Assembly (NCBI GenBank): GCA_041690295.1
Contig: JAWLHR010000022.1
Coordinates: forward strand, 1 to 47,197
Source of the DNA: Bdellovibrionales bacterium
GTDB lineage: Bacteria > Bdellovibrionota > Bdellovibrionia > Bdellovibrionales > UBA1609
DNA length: 47,197 nucleotides
Reading direction: 5' to 3'
Position numbers and translations under genes: made by a program. Shown here piece by piece: positions 28,783 through 39,545 of this stretch (its first letter is position 1; every line of letters starts with the position of its first letter). Below the pieces are notes generated by a model. The model did no database searches. It was not told where the DNA came from and worked only from the letters and a program-made list of their open reading frames with translations.

Positions 28783-29215
28783 AAAATAAGCGGGCAATAT
28801 AGGGTCTACAGGTCAAAAGCGCAACCCGACATCCGGTACATTAATCGGACATGTAAGCGGAAAAGTTCCACTGGATGCGCGACTCCGGCTGGGGTTTTCC
28901 GTTAGTCAAGCCCCGCCTTCAAATTTCCGATGTCGGAGGCCCATTTCCCACCAGATTTTCGGCGACAATTTTTTGCCGAGAGCGCCGCTAAACGTTTCTA
29001 ACTTTTTTTCATTTCGTGTTTATAAAGATTTTATGGGGAGTTGACCCATTTACGCATTTGGTTCACAACTTGCTTACAGTTTAAGCGCGGAACGTATTTT
29101 GAAGCTGTACGTTTGTTGTTCTTTGATCTTCTTGAAGTCTTAGCGATGGGCGCTTTCCCCCTCCCCCCTAAGAAAGTCGGAGTCGTAACAGGCTTCTAAG
29201 CCTGTCGCTGGGACC

Positions 29216-30118
29216 TCAAGAAGTGATTTTCCCCTTCGCGCTCACAGTCACCGGAAATAACTGAATATTTAACTGATAAACGCGATCCCCTTTGGAGTGG
29301 GTGCGGTTCACTGACACATCTTTGAACCAGCGCTTTCGGAACTGCCGTAATTCGAACTTCAACTGTTCAAATTCTTTATCAGTGAGCGCCAGCGTCTGCG
29401 CCCCGAATTCACGTTCCTGGGGCTGATCCTGGAATAACGATTCAAGTCCTAAATAAATAAGTTCGGATTGGAGCTTTCGAACCAGTTCGACGGGCACGTC
29501 TTCGGCACCGTCCATGAGCTCGCGGCCCTTAACGATCTCACCTGTTTGGGGATCACGAACCAGTTCACCCGAGGCGATCAATTTTTCGAGACTGCGCCGG
29601 ATTTCCTCATGACGGGCTTTTCCGCGCATGATTTCAAAAAGCTCGTCGGCTTCAAAGCGCACGTCTTTTTGATCGGTGAGCGCGTAAAGAACCCAAGTCA
29701 CCCAGCTCGGCACTTTCCGCCAGGTTTCAGCTTTAATCTCACCGTTTTTAAGTTGTTGGCGAACCCTTATGTCGGCCAGGGTCTTGAGATGGCGGTTACG
29801 TTCAAGGGGATCCGTGGCTTGAGTGAATTCAACCAGTGCCAAAAACTCTTCGGTTTCTTCTTTTCCAAGTCCAAGGGCTTTGGCGAACCGGCGGGCCATT
29901 TCGGGCGAAAGGTTACGTTGCCCATCGATGATCAGCTTTAGGTAATTGGGTGACTTGATATCCGCCGCGGCCGCGAAAGTCGCATAATTATAAGGCCGCA
30001 ACGAATTGCGCGTCTGGCGGCGCCGGTAATTATAATACTCGCTTAAATACCGGCGATAATCTGTGAATGCGCCCAGCGATGGCGGTCGCTCGGCTTCGGT
30101 TTTCGATGTCAATTCCAA
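29216..30118 (-). CDS. TIGR02147/DUF4423 family HTH protein
   Basis: DYRRYL...FAAAADIKSPNYLKLIIDGQRNLS...VYQLNIQLFP. Confidence 0.85.
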   Translation of the reverse strand: MELTSKTEAERPPSLGAFTDYRRYLSEYYNYRRRQTRNSLRPYNYATFAAAADIKSPNYLKLIIDGQRNLSPEMARRFAKALGLGKEETEEFLALVEFTQATDPLERNRHLKTLADIRVRQQLKNGEIKAETWRKVPSWVTWVLYALTDQKDVRFEADELFEIMRGKARHEEIRRSLEKLIASGELVRDPQTGEIVKGRELMDGAEDVPVELVRKLQSELIYLGLESLFQDQPQEREFGAQTLALTDKEFEQLKFELRQFRKRWFKDVSVNRTHSKGDRVYQLNIQLFPVTVSAKGKITS

Positions 30119-30300
30119 GATGCGTTTTACCCTGGGTACAATTGTTCCATCACTGGTTCCGGAAATTCAACTTTTTGCGATATCGCGCCGCGCTTGTGGA
30201 CAAAAAACGTCGCTCTCTGTGAATCGATTCGACAACTCCCGGGATCTAATTCGATATGGTTCAACTCCGCGAGGCGCGTGGTTTGCTTAAAATTGCGCGT

Positions 30301-30594
30301 ATGAACAAACGTTGGTTATTAATTTTGCCCTTTCTTACCGCCTCGGTGGCCAACGCGGTCTGCACCGCCGGCCAAATCACCACGTTAGCCGAGCCCATCA
30401 CTTTTGAATTAAAGGGCGAAGCTGGACAGGCTTTAAACCTGACCCTCAGTGAGGGGAGCGAAGTTCATGTGCTGGCGGTTCAGGAACCGAAGGTGAGCCT
30501 GTTTGTCAGCACGCGGTTCCAAAATCAGGATCTCACTCTGGTCAGCGAGCTCAGCTCCGACGTCATTCGCGCCCTCAACTGCGCAAAAGAGTAA
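30301..30594 (+). CDS. Small secreted hypothetical protein
   Basis: Signal peptide MNKRWLLILPFLTASVANA; two Cys. Confidence 0.6.
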   Translation: MNKRWLLILPFLTASVANAVCTAGQITTLAEPITFELKGEAGQALNLTLSEGSEVHVLAVQEPKVSLFVSTRFQNQDLTLVSELSSDVIRALNCAKE

Positions 30595-32193
30595 TCACTC
30601 TCTTAATTTCGGCGGACACGTGGTGTTCAGCCGATTGGCCGTCATAATTCGATGGGCTATATCCAAATTTCGCTTATGATTGGCGTCTGAAGGCATAATC
30701 CGAAACGCTTCACATAAAAACGGAAAACCCCGCTCCAACTGACCAAGCTCGAAAAAGCCCGCGCCGATGGAGGCCAAAAAACTTGAGTACGCCGTCGGTT
30801 GCTTGGCTTCCATCACGACCAAATCCAGTTGATCGAGATAGGATTCGAGTTTGGTCACCGAGATGTAATCTTTGGCGTGAAGGTAACAATACGCCAAATT
30901 CGCCAGCGCCAAAATGTCTTTGGGTTTTCGCTCAAGGGCCAATCCCGCCCACCTTATGCCCTCGTCGTAACGTTTATTATCCTCACACTCCACGACCGTC
31001 ATACCCAAGGCCGTTGAATAGGAATCCGGCGCCACGATCGCCATGTTTTTAAAAAAAGCTTCGTTGGATTTCCAGGTTTGCACGTGCACCATGGAGCGAA
31101 CAAAGAGAGCCGCGACGATCATTAACGTTCCGACTTTTAAGTGGCTCGCCTTCACGGGCCAGCGCGCAAGAATCAGCAACGCCATCACCGAAACCATGGT
31201 CATCGGCAAATAATGATAGTGATCCGCGGTGGTGGAGATTTTCTGATATCCGAACGAAGAAATCCCGCTCACGGGGAGCAGCAGAGCCAGCCACGCCAGG
31301 GCTAGAAAAAAGCGCCAGTCGCGCCGCCACGCCCAGATCATTGCCGGAACAAAAAGCACCAAAACGATCGCGGTCCGCCAATAAGGGTCCAAAGTTTCGA
31401 GCACGCTCTCGGGTGTTCGGCTGTAATTGGCCGAGAGTGGATAAGGAATCACGATCTTTTGCAAATAAAATGAGTAAGTGTCGCCCATGATGAGAAGGCG
31501 CTCCCATAACTTAAGCGGAATTAAAAATTCAGCCTGGGCCTGAAGCGTTTTATAGATGCTGAACACCGATGGAATCAGCCACACTCCCGCAAGCCACAAT
31601 GAGCGGCGAAAAAATTTAGGCAAAAGAAGTCCAGTCACAAATGGCAGAAGCGCCGGTAAAACCACGATATTTGGTTTCGATAAAACAGCCGCCGTAACCA
31701 AAATCGTTGAGGCAATGGCGCCCCTGAAATCGCGCAGGCCGAAAAACACCAAAACCGCGCTCAGGCCGAAAAAGGCCGAAAGCAGGTCGCGGCCCCCTGA
31801 AATCCAGGCCACCGCCTGGATCTGTAATGGATGAAGGGCAAAAAACGAAAGTGCGAGGAGAGCCGGCCAATGGGATTTGACGTCCCATTTTTTGGCCAAC
31901 CATTGAAGTAAGATAAGAACTAGACCGGTATTGATTAAGTGAAGAACCAGATTCAAAACCCGATAGGGCCAAGGCGCGGCACCGCCCAAAGCGTATAGAA
32001 TCTGCCACACGGAACTTGTGACAGGAACATAAAGGCCGAAATAATCCTTAAGCCAAACCTGCGACCAAATGCCCGCCCGGTAATACGGGTTAATAAAAAT
32101 ATTGGAGTCATCGTCCCATTTGATCGGCCCCACTGTCAGGAGCTGGCCGAAAATCAGAGCGACCAGTACGAAGATCCATCCGAATTTACGCAT
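30595..32193 (-). CDS. TMTC-like GT-C membrane glycosyltransferase with C-terminal TPR-like helices
   Basis: WDDD loop, NLVLHLIN, FALHP-Q--AVAWISG-RDLL and ADHYHYLP motifs; multiple TM helices. Confidence 0.75.
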   Translation of the reverse strand: MRKFGWIFVLVALIFGQLLTVGPIKWDDDSNIFINPYYRAGIWSQVWLKDYFGLYVPVTSSVWQILYALGGAAPWPYRVLNLVLHLINTGLVLILLQWLAKKWDVKSHWPALLALSFFALHPLQIQAVAWISGGRDLLSAFFGLSAVLVFFGLRDFRGAIASTILVTAAVLSKPNIVVLPALLPFVTGLLLPKFFRRSLWLAGVWLIPSVFSIYKTLQAQAEFLIPLKLWERLLIMGDTYSFYLQKIVIPYPLSANYSRTPESVLETLDPYWRTAIVLVLFVPAMIWAWRRDWRFFLALAWLALLLPVSGISSFGYQKISTTADHYHYLPMTMVSVMALLILARWPVKASHLKVGTLMIVAALFVRSMVHVQTWKSNEAFFKNMAIVAPDSYSTALGMTVVECEDNKRYDEGIRWAGLALERKPKDILALANLAYCYLHAKDYISVTKLESYLDQLDLVVMEAKQPTAYSSFLASIGAGFFELGQLERGFPFLCEAFRIMPSDANHKRNLDIAHRIMTANRLNTTCPPKLRE

Positions 32194-32210
32194 GATTAAA
32201 ATTTTTTGTT

Positions 32211-33005
32211 ATGAGTTCCAGCGAGGCAAGGATAAACTCCCTACAGGGCATGGATAGTTGGAATCCCGAACAGTATAGCCTATTTCAAGTCGAGCGGTCC
32301 CAACCCTTTTGGGACCTCATCGGCAAGGTGAATTTTTCCGGTGTCAAAAGCCTGCTCGATGTCGGTTGCGGAACCGGTGAATTGACCGCGCAAGTTCACA
32401 AAAAGATGCAATTGAGCGAAAGTCTCGGAATCGATGCTTCGCCTTCGATGATGGACAAAACCTCGGCCTACCAGGCGCCGGGTTTGAGCTTTCAACTGGC
32501 GGATGTGATGACTTTCGTGCCGTCACGCCCTTACGATTTGATTTTATCAAACGCCGCACTTCAATGGGTCGAGGATCATAAAGCGCTGTTTTTGAGAATG
32601 ATCAATTGGCTGGCACCTAAAGGTCAGCTGGCCGTGCAAATGCCGGTGAATTTCGACCATCCTTCGCACTTTTTGGCGGCGGATGTGGCGCAAGAGATGA
32701 AACTTCAGATTCGCATTCCGCCGCTGCTGGCGCCTGAAACCTACGCGGAACTTCTGTGGCGAAATGGAATGGAAGCCATCGATGTTTCGATTAAAGTTTA
32801 TCTGCATCCTTTGAAATCAGGCCATGAAGTGATTGAGTGGACAAAGGGCGCGCTTCTCACGTTTTACCAAAAGCAGCTCGATCTCGCGGGCTATAAAAAG
32901 TTTCTTGAGCAGTACACCCGCCGATTGCTTCTTGTGACCGGAGAGGGACCTTACCTTTATCCGTATAAGCGGATATTTATCGTCGCCCGCCGCAAAGAGC
33001 GTTAA
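32211..33005 (+). CDS. tam: Trans-aconitate 2-methyltransferase-like
   Basis: WNPEQY--F--ERSQPFWDL, DVGCGTG, SNAALQWV-DH, LAVQMP-NFDHPSH; start may be 32250. Confidence 0.85.
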   Translation: MSSSEARINSLQGMDSWNPEQYSLFQVERSQPFWDLIGKVNFSGVKSLLDVGCGTGELTAQVHKKMQLSESLGIDASPSMMDKTSAYQAPGLSFQLADVMTFVPSRPYDLILSNAALQWVEDHKALFLRMINWLAPKGQLAVQMPVNFDHPSHFLAADVAQEMKLQIRIPPLLAPETYAELLWRNGMEAIDVSIKVYLHPLKSGHEVIEWTKGALLTFYQKQLDLAGYKKFLEQYTRRLLLVTGEGPYLYPYKRIFIVARRKER

Positions 33006-34123
33006 TCCCAGGCCACAGTTTTAAGTTTTCCGCAGCTGTGTTCGGCGAACATTTTACGCGCGCGAATTTTGATCACCTGATCCGGATCGGGCCAATTGCA
33101 GGCGACAAGAACATGTTTTTGAGACGACACATCATCGGCCGCCCATTCCACCGGCAATCCCGATGGAAGAGCAAAGGCGCCCTCGGGCGTAAAAACCAAT
33201 GTTCGTTCTTTGGGGAAAAACCGGCTTCGGGTGCGTAACTGTTCATAGATCTCGCGCCAGGCCGGAGCCAGCGTTAAATCCACGGTCAATTCCCAGCGTG
33301 TGGGATAGGACACATCAAGTTCATTGAGAGTGCGCTTGATCGCAAGATCGGCCGCTTTTCCGGACACGCCGAGACTTATCAGGTTCGACTTCAAGGCGCG
33401 ATCAAACCAATCGGCCAAGGTGGAACCCGCTGGATCTTGCGGAGGAAAAAGGGCTGGCAGTGCGCGAACCCGCCGCAATCGGCTTAAAGTTTCAAACTGC
33501 TCGCGCATCGGAAGTTTCTCGAAGACCCGAGCGAGCGCCACGGCCACGAGCGGACTTAAACCCCCGGTGGGCGAAACAGTGGCAAAGTTCAAATGGCGGG
33601 CCGGCGCATGAGGCCAGTCGGATTTTGAAAACAACGTCAGAAGAAGAAAATCGGTGACCACTTCCCGTTCAAAATCGCTGGCGAAGCCTCCCGCGAAATG
33701 CGCGTTTAAAACCGAAGACACGAGCATGCGTTTGAGCTTGGCCGGTTGCTCCAACCAGCGCTCACCGATACGCGCGAAACGCCGGTTCATTTGAAAAAGA
33801 TCGGGTTCGTCCGCGACGAGCTCAACCGTCAAAACGGGATGAACGAGAGGCAACCAACCACTGAGTTCCTCAATGTCTTCGACTTTTCGGATTTTGTTGA
33901 TTGTGGTGAATGAAATCGGCGCGACAAAACTTCGAAGTTCCAAGCGGCTCTCAAAGCGGCAATTAAATACACGTTCGCCATCGACCAACACCAGATTGAT
34001 GAAGGTCGAATGGACACAGTCCGTTCGCCACTTAGTGGCCCGATGAGCAACCCAGCACAAGACGGCGAACGAGAGTATCGTTAACCCCTTGGCGACCCGC
34101 TCCAGCCGTTTGGAGTCTTTCAT
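33002..34123 (-). CDS. Hypothetical membrane-anchored protein
   Basis: Long ORF with an N-terminal hydrophobic segment; no recognised motif. Confidence 0.6.
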   Translation of the reverse strand: MKDSKRLERVAKGLTILSFAVLCWVAHRATKWRTDCVHSTFINLVLVDGERVFNCRFESRLELRSFVAPISFTTINKIRKVEDIEELSGWLPLVHPVLTVELVADEPDLFQMNRRFARIGERWLEQPAKLKRMLVSSVLNAHFAGGFASDFEREVVTDFLLLTLFSKSDWPHAPARHLNFATVSPTGGLSPLVAVALARVFEKLPMREQFETLSRLRRVRALPALFPPQDPAGSTLADWFDRALKSNLISLGVSGKAADLAIKRTLNELDVSYPTRWELTVDLTLAPAWREIYEQLRTRSRFFPKERTLVFTPEGAFALPSGLPVEWAADDVSSQKHVLVACNWPDPDQVIKIRARKMFAEHSCGKLKTVAWD

Positions 34124-34364
34124 GAATGCCTCTGGGCGATTACAAAATCCGGGCCCGACAGTTAGACAATGGGTGCGTGTTCCCCGGTTACTGTATGGGA
34201 ATGATTACAATCTAGTAGAAATTTTGGACGGTTATCCTCTCTGGAAAGCAAGGAAAGGACCCCCTGTGATGGTATGGGATTGGCATCTTCCATACAGCCG
34301 TATGAAGACGCAGTATTTACAATACACGATGTTGTTACTGATGCTGTTTCTGGCGAACGCCGTT

Positions 34365-35285
34365 TTAAACGTTTGATAGGCGCGGAAGACCGGCGGCCGC
34401 CGTACGCGATGGAAGCTTATGCCCGATCTGATTCTCCATAGTGGGCACGTACTCAAGAAGCTTCGCTAAATTCACACCGGTTTTAAATCCCATCCCGTTA
34501 AGCATATAAACCAAATCATCGGTCGCTAAATTGCCGCTAGCTCCTCGGGCGTAAGGGCAACCACCCAAACCACCAAAGCTCGAATCGAACACGCGAATCC
34601 CACTCGCTAATGCCACAGTGACATTCGCTAGAGCGGTTCCCCGGGTGTCATGAAAATGCATGGCGAGTTTTTTGACCGGAATTTTTCTTTTTAGTTTATT
34701 GATTAGCGATTTCACCTGATTGGGTGTGGCCACACCAATGGTATCGCCGATCACCACTTCATAGACACCCATCTTGGCGAACTTTTGCGCCAATGAAACC
34801 ACGGTCGATTCTTTAACCGGGCCTTCATAGGGACAACCAAACGCCACGCTTAAATAGCCGCGGGCTTTACGACGATGTTTTTTGGCGATCGCCGTCACTT
34901 GGGTGAAGCGATCCAATCCTTCGCTGATTGAACAGTTCGTGTTTTGTCGCGAAAACGATTCCGTGCATGCGCCGAAAATCGCGATTTCTTCGATGGGCGT
35001 GCTCAGCGCATCGATCATGCCCTTCACGTTCGGCACCAAGGCGGAGAACCGGACGTCTTTGGGAAACTCGGAGCGGCGGCGATAAAGTTCATTGATGAGA
35101 TCGGCGCTGCCTTCCATTTGTGGAACCCATTTCGGCGAGACGAACGCACCCACTTCAATCCGTTTTAAGCCTGAGTCCGCCAGATGTTTGATGAATGCGA
35201 GTCGCTGCTCCAGCGAAAGAATTTCGCTTTCATTCTGCAAGCCATCGCGCGGGCCGACTTCCACGATTGAAACGCGTTGACTCAT
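34365..35285 (-). CDS. liuE: Hydroxymethylglutaryl-CoA lyase
   Basis: EVGPRDGLQNE, HFHDTRG, GLGGCPYA-GASGN. Confidence 0.95.
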   Translation of the reverse strand: MSQRVSIVEVGPRDGLQNESEILSLEQRLAFIKHLADSGLKRIEVGAFVSPKWVPQMEGSADLINELYRRRSEFPKDVRFSALVPNVKGMIDALSTPIEEIAIFGACTESFSRQNTNCSISEGLDRFTQVTAIAKKHRRKARGYLSVAFGCPYEGPVKESTVVSLAQKFAKMGVYEVVIGDTIGVATPNQVKSLINKLKRKIPVKKLAMHFHDTRGTALANVTVALASGIRVFDSSFGGLGGCPYARGASGNLATDDLVYMLNGMGFKTGVNLAKLLEYVPTMENQIGHKLPSRTAAAGLPRLSNV

Positions 35286-35659
35286 GCTTCCACCACCCGC
35301 ACAAGCACCTCACCCAAACCCACTTGCATACCCGGTTGAACATTAACCTCGCTCACCCGTCCATCACGATCCGCTTCAAGTGTGTATTCCATTTTCATGG
35401 CTTCCATAACCACCAGAGCTTGTCCTTTATTCACCGGCTCATCTTTTTTCACCGACACACGAGTCACCTTACCGGGCATTGGAGCACAGATCACGCCAAG
35501 ATGGGCTTTGCCCGCCTCACCGGATGCGCGCCGTTGATTGGCGTTGAGATCCACCACGTGGGTCATCTCCTGCCAATGCACCCAAAGGCGGCCTTGATGT
35601 TTGAGGACAGGAACGCGGACCTTTTTTCCGGCCCAATCGACTTCGATCCATTTCATCAT
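35282..35659 (-). CDS. Biotin carboxyl carrier protein (separate C-terminal part of the MCC alpha subunit)
   Basis: APMPGKV...EAMKME biotinylation motif; ATGA overlap with the upstream gene. Confidence 0.88.
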   Translation of the reverse strand: MMKWIEVDWAGKKVRVPVLKHQGRLWVHWQEMTHVVDLNANQRRASGEAGKAHLGVICAPMPGKVTRVSVKKDEPVNKGQALVVMEAMKMEYTLEADRDGRVSEVNVQPGMQVGLGEVLVRVVEA

Positions 35660-37140
35660 GGCTCCCCCCAGGAATGCGCCCATGGATCGGCTTCGCGAAT
35701 GCCGTCGCCTGACCCGGAATCCGTGAGTTTCGCCGAAATCTGCTGGAGCATCTTCATTTCACTCGGCGAAAACTCGGGCCGTACAAGGCCGGTGGCGAAG
35801 TACTTATCAAAAAATCGTGTGGACATGGTTCCCGTTAGGAATTCCTCATGGGCGAGAATCTCGCGAAGCAAGGGAATGTTCGTATGCACGCCGAAAATCA
35901 CCGTATCGGCCAAAGTTTTTTTCATTTTCTGAATGGCTCTGATGCGGGATTCATCCCACACGATCACTTTCGCGAACATGGAGTCATAGAAACTGGTGAT
36001 TTCATCGCCAGGCTCGAAGCCCACTTCAAAACGGCGGAAAGGGCCAAGCGGCCAATGCGCGGCCAAGATCTGACCCGTGCTCGGAATTCCGCCTTTGAAA
36101 GGATCTTCAGCATAAATTCGGCACTCGATGGCGTGCCCACGCGGCGTGAACTCCGACGGCCAGTTCAACGCCTCTCCCATGGCGGTTAAGATTTGCGCTT
36201 TCACCAAATCCACGCCGAGAACCATTTCCGTCACGGGATGTTCCACCTGAAGACGAGTGTTCATTTCCATAAAATAAAACTCGTCTCCCTGAAGCAGGAA
36301 CTCGACCGTACCGGCATTAATGTAACCGGCTTGTTCGGTCAGATCCCGCGCGGTTTCGCACATCTTTTTTCTCAGATCGTCGTCGAGCGAAGGTGATAAC
36401 GCTTCTTCGATGAGCTTTTGATGTCTTCGTTGCACTGAACACTCGCGCTCAAGCAAAGGGTAAACGCGGCCGGTGTAATCGCCGAAAACTTGAATTTCGA
36501 TGTGTTTGGCGTTTTCGAGATACCTTTCAAGAAAAACCTGCGATGAACCAAACGCGCTTTGTGCTTCCCGTTGAGCCGATGAAATCAATTCGTCGGCCTC
36601 AGCGGGACTACGAATGACTTTAAGTCCGCGACCACCACCGCCACCCGCGGCCTTACAGATCACCGGGTAACCGATGCGTTCGCATTCTTTCTTTAATCGC
36701 TCAAGGGATTGATCCTCACCCCGGTAGCCGGGGACTACGGGGCCTCCGACCTTTTCCACATGGGCTTTGGCGGTGATTTTATCGCCGAAGAGACGAATAC
36801 TTTGCGGGCTTGGACCAACAAACACAAGACCCGCGTCTTCAACCGCTTGGGCGAATTCCGCACTTTCAGAGAGAAAACCAAACCCAGGATGAATCGCGTC
36901 CGCGCCGGCGCTCAATGCCCCCTGAATATTGGCTTTGATATTGAGATAGCTCGCCGATGAAGGCGCCTCACCCACACACACTGTTTCATCCGCGAGCCGA
37001 AAGGCCGCGGTTCGATCGTCCACCGAGGAGTGGAGCAAGACGGTTTCAATGCCTAGCTCCTGTGCCGCTCGGATAATACGAACAGCCACTTCACCGCGAT
37101 TGGCGATAGCGATTTTTTCAAATCTTCGCGGCCGTGGCAT
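35656..37140 (-). CDS. liuD: Biotin carboxylase subunit of methylcrotonyl-CoA carboxylase
   Basis: ANRGEVA, HPGFGFLSE, GGGGRG, ERECSVQRRHQK, EMNTRLQVEH; liu operon context. Confidence 0.88.
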   Translation of the reverse strand: MPRPRRFEKIAIANRGEVAVRIIRAAQELGIETVLLHSSVDDRTAAFRLADETVCVGEAPSSASYLNIKANIQGALSAGADAIHPGFGFLSESAEFAQAVEDAGLVFVGPSPQSIRLFGDKITAKAHVEKVGGPVVPGYRGEDQSLERLKKECERIGYPVICKAAGGGGGRGLKVIRSPAEADELISSAQREAQSAFGSSQVFLERYLENAKHIEIQVFGDYTGRVYPLLERECSVQRRHQKLIEEALSPSLDDDLRKKMCETARDLTEQAGYINAGTVEFLLQGDEFYFMEMNTRLQVEHPVTEMVLGVDLVKAQILTAMGEALNWPSEFTPRGHAIECRIYAEDPFKGGIPSTGQILAAHWPLGPFRRFEVGFEPGDEITSFYDSMFAKVIVWDESRIRAIQKMKKTLADTVIFGVHTNIPLLREILAHEEFLTGTMSTRFFDKYFATGLVRPEFSPSEMKMLQQISAKLTDSGSGDGIREADPWAHSWGEP

Positions 37141-37921
37141 AGGGGCCATCACTCCATTTAGGTGTTTGTTTTGATAAAAAGGCTTGAAGGCCCTTCTGAC
37201 CTTCGGCGCTCGCACGCCGTTCAGCGATCACTTTGGTTGTTTTAGCGCGCGCCGTTTTCCAATTCACACTTGAATAACTCTGATGCAAGGCCTTGGTTTT
37301 ACGAACCGCCTGAGGCGCCGCCGAAAGAATCATGTTCAATGTTTTTTCCACGTAAGCGTCAACTTCATCGATGGAGCCCGAGAAATTAATCAAGCCGCCT
37401 TCAAGCGCTTCATCCGAGGTGAATATTTTGGCGGTCAAAAACCATTCGCGGGCCTTGGCCGCCTGTACCCGATCCACCACGAAGGGACTGATCACGGCGG
37501 GCACGAGTCCCCACTTCACTTCGGAAAAACAAAACTTGGTTTGGGTTTCCGCGGCGGCGATATCGCAAACACAAACGAGACCGAGCCCGCCACCGAAACT
37601 GTGCCCAAAAATCCGTCCGACCACGGGAACCGGGCAAGAGCGAATGGCCCAGTACATATCGTAAAGCTGACCAGCGTCCTTCAAATTGTCTTTTTGCGAG
37701 TACTCGGCCATGGACTTCATCCATTCCAAATCCCCGCCCGAGCAAAAACTTTCGCCTTCACCGGTCAGAAGAACGGCGCGAAGGTTTTTATCCTTCGCGA
37801 ATTTTTTAAAAGTTTTTGTGATCTCGAGGATCATCGCCGGGTGAAAGGCGTTTCGCCGCTCCGGCCGGTTAAGCGAAACCGTCACCACACCTTGATTTTG
37901 CGTGATCTTCAAATGTTCCAT
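37118..37921 (-). CDS. liuC: Enoyl-CoA hydratase family, likely methylglutaconyl-CoA hydratase
   Basis: LNRPERRNAF, FCSGGDL, FSEVKWGLVPAVISP; operon context. Confidence 0.85.
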   Translation of the reverse strand: MEHLKITQNQGVVTVSLNRPERRNAFHPAMILEITKTFKKFAKDKNLRAVLLTGEGESFCSGGDLEWMKSMAEYSQKDNLKDAGQLYDMYWAIRSCPVPVVGRIFGHSFGGGLGLVCVCDIAAAETQTKFCFSEVKWGLVPAVISPFVVDRVQAAKAREWFLTAKIFTSDEALEGGLINFSGSIDEVDAYVEKTLNMILSAAPQAVRKTKALHQSYSSVNWKTARAKTTKVIAERRASAEGQKGLQAFLSKQTPKWSDGPYATAAKI

Positions 37922-37925
37922 GAAC

Positions 37926-39533
37926 TCACATCCTGAAAACGCCCTGGGCTTTTTCGGGCCATGGCCGGTTGAACGAGGCGTGAAGCGCCAAGCTTAAAAC
38001 TTTGCGCGTGTCCACGGGATCGATCACACCGTCATCCCAAATCCGGGCCGTTGAAAAATAAGCGCTGCCTTCGCGCTCGTATTTTTCCAAAGTGGGTCTC
38101 TTGAATTCCATTTGTTCTTCTTCGCTCATAGTCTGACCCTTGGCCTTGAGCTGATCCAATTTCACCGTTAAGAGCACATTCGCGGCTTGCTCACCGCCCA
38201 TGACTGAAATTCGCGCGTTCGGCCACATCCAAAGAAACCGCGGCTGGTAAGCGCGCCCGCACATCCCGTAATTACCCGCACCGAAGGAACCGCCGATGAT
38301 CACCGTGTACTTAGGCACTCTTGTGTTACTGACCGCCATCACCATCTTGGCGCCGTGCTTGGCGATGCCCTCGTTTTCATACTTCTTGCCCACCATAAAG
38401 CCGGTGATGTTCTGCAAGAAGACCAGCGGAATCATTCTTTGATCGCAAAGTTCAATGAAGTGAGTGGCTTTAAGCGCGCTCTCACTAAAGAGCACTCCAT
38501 TATTGGCGACGATGCCCACCGGGTAACCGAAAATATGGGCGAAGCCGCAAACGATGGTAGTTCCGTAGTTGGATTTAAATTCATGAAAACGGCTGCCGTC
38601 CACAATGCGCGCGATCACTTCGCGAACGTCATAGGGAATTTTCGAGTCTTTGGGAATAACGCCGTAAATTTCTTCCGCGGGGTAAAGTGGGTCATCCACA
38701 GGTTCCACCGGGTACGGCGTGAACCGCCGCTTGGGAATTTGCGCCACGATATCCCGCGCGATTTGCAGCGCGTGTTCATCGTTTTCGGCGAAGTGATCGG
38801 TGACTCCACTCATTGAGCAATGAACTTCGGCGCCCCCCAGTTCCTGGGCCGTGACTTCCTCACCGGTAGCGGCTTTCACCAGCGGCGGACCGCCAAGAAA
38901 GATCGTGCCGTTACCTTTGACGATGACATTTTCATCGCTCATCGCGGGAACATAGGCGCCACCCGCGGTGCAACTGCCCATGACGATGGAAATCTGAGAT
39001 ATGCCCAGGGCCGACATCCGGGCCTGGTTATAGAAAATACGACCGAAGTGATCGCGATCGGGAAACACTTCACTCTGCAGAGGTAAAAAGGCGCCGCCAC
39101 TATCGACCAGATAAATGCAGGGCAATCCGTTTTCCATGGCGATTTCCTGCGCCCGCAGGTGTTTTTTGACCGTGATGGGAAAGTAGGTTCCGCCTTTGAC
39201 AGTGGCGTCGTTGGCCACGATCACGCACTCACGCCCATGAACAACGCCAAGGCCGGTCACGATCCCCGCCGCGGGCGCGCCGTTATCGTACATGTCGGTC
39301 GCGGCCAGGGCGGAAAATTCTAAAAACGGTGTGCCCGGATCAATTAAGGCTTGAATGCGCTCGCGGGCGAGAAGTTTGCCCCGTGATTTATGGCGTTCAC
39401 ATGCCTGCGCACCACCGCCTTCGCGTACGGTCTGCAAACGACTTTTTAGGTCATCCACTGCGGCCAACATTGCCGCCTTATTCGCCTGAAAGGCGGGGGA
39501 CTCGGTGTTGACACGGGTTTCTAAAATCGCCAT
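37926..39533 (-). CDS. liuB: Methylcrotonyl-CoA carboxylase beta (carboxyltransferase) subunit
   Basis: [45 protein letters not shown]-terminal GVFRM. Confidence 0.95.
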   Translation of the reverse strand: MAILETRVNTESPAFQANKAAMLAAVDDLKSRLQTVREGGGAQACERHKSRGKLLARERIQALIDPGTPFLEFSALAATDMYDNGAPAAGIVTGLGVVHGRECVIVANDATVKGGTYFPITVKKHLRAQEIAMENGLPCIYLVDSGGAFLPLQSEVFPDRDHFGRIFYNQARMSALGISQISIVMGSCTAGGAYVPAMSDENVIVKGNGTIFLGGPPLVKAATGEEVTAQELGGAEVHCSMSGVTDHFAENDEHALQIARDIVAQIPKRRFTPYPVEPVDDPLYPAEEIYGVIPKDSKIPYDVREVIARIVDGSRFHEFKSNYGTTIVCGFAHIFGYPVGIVANNGVLFSESALKATHFIELCDQRMIPLVFLQNITGFMVGKKYENEGIAKHGAKMVMAVSNTRVPKYTVIIGGSFGAGNYGMCGRAYQPRFLWMWPNARISVMGGEQAANVLLTVKLDQLKAKGQTMSEEEQMEFKRPTLEKYEREGSAYFSTARIWDDGVIDPVDTRKVLSLALHASFNRPWPEKAQGVFRM

Positions 39534-39545
39534 GGTCCGAGCCTA

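Noticed and set aside
34089..34376. Plus-strand 95-aa ORF with a hydrophobic C-terminus
   Set aside because: It overlaps both neighbours and has no motif; at most a short peptide from ~34269 or 34302, unsupported.
35195..39511. Long plus-strand ORFs opposite the liu operon (e.g. 35195-35932, 37283-37936)
   Set aside because: Antisense shadow frames of well-supported genes; the same applies to most other short overlapping ORFs in the track.
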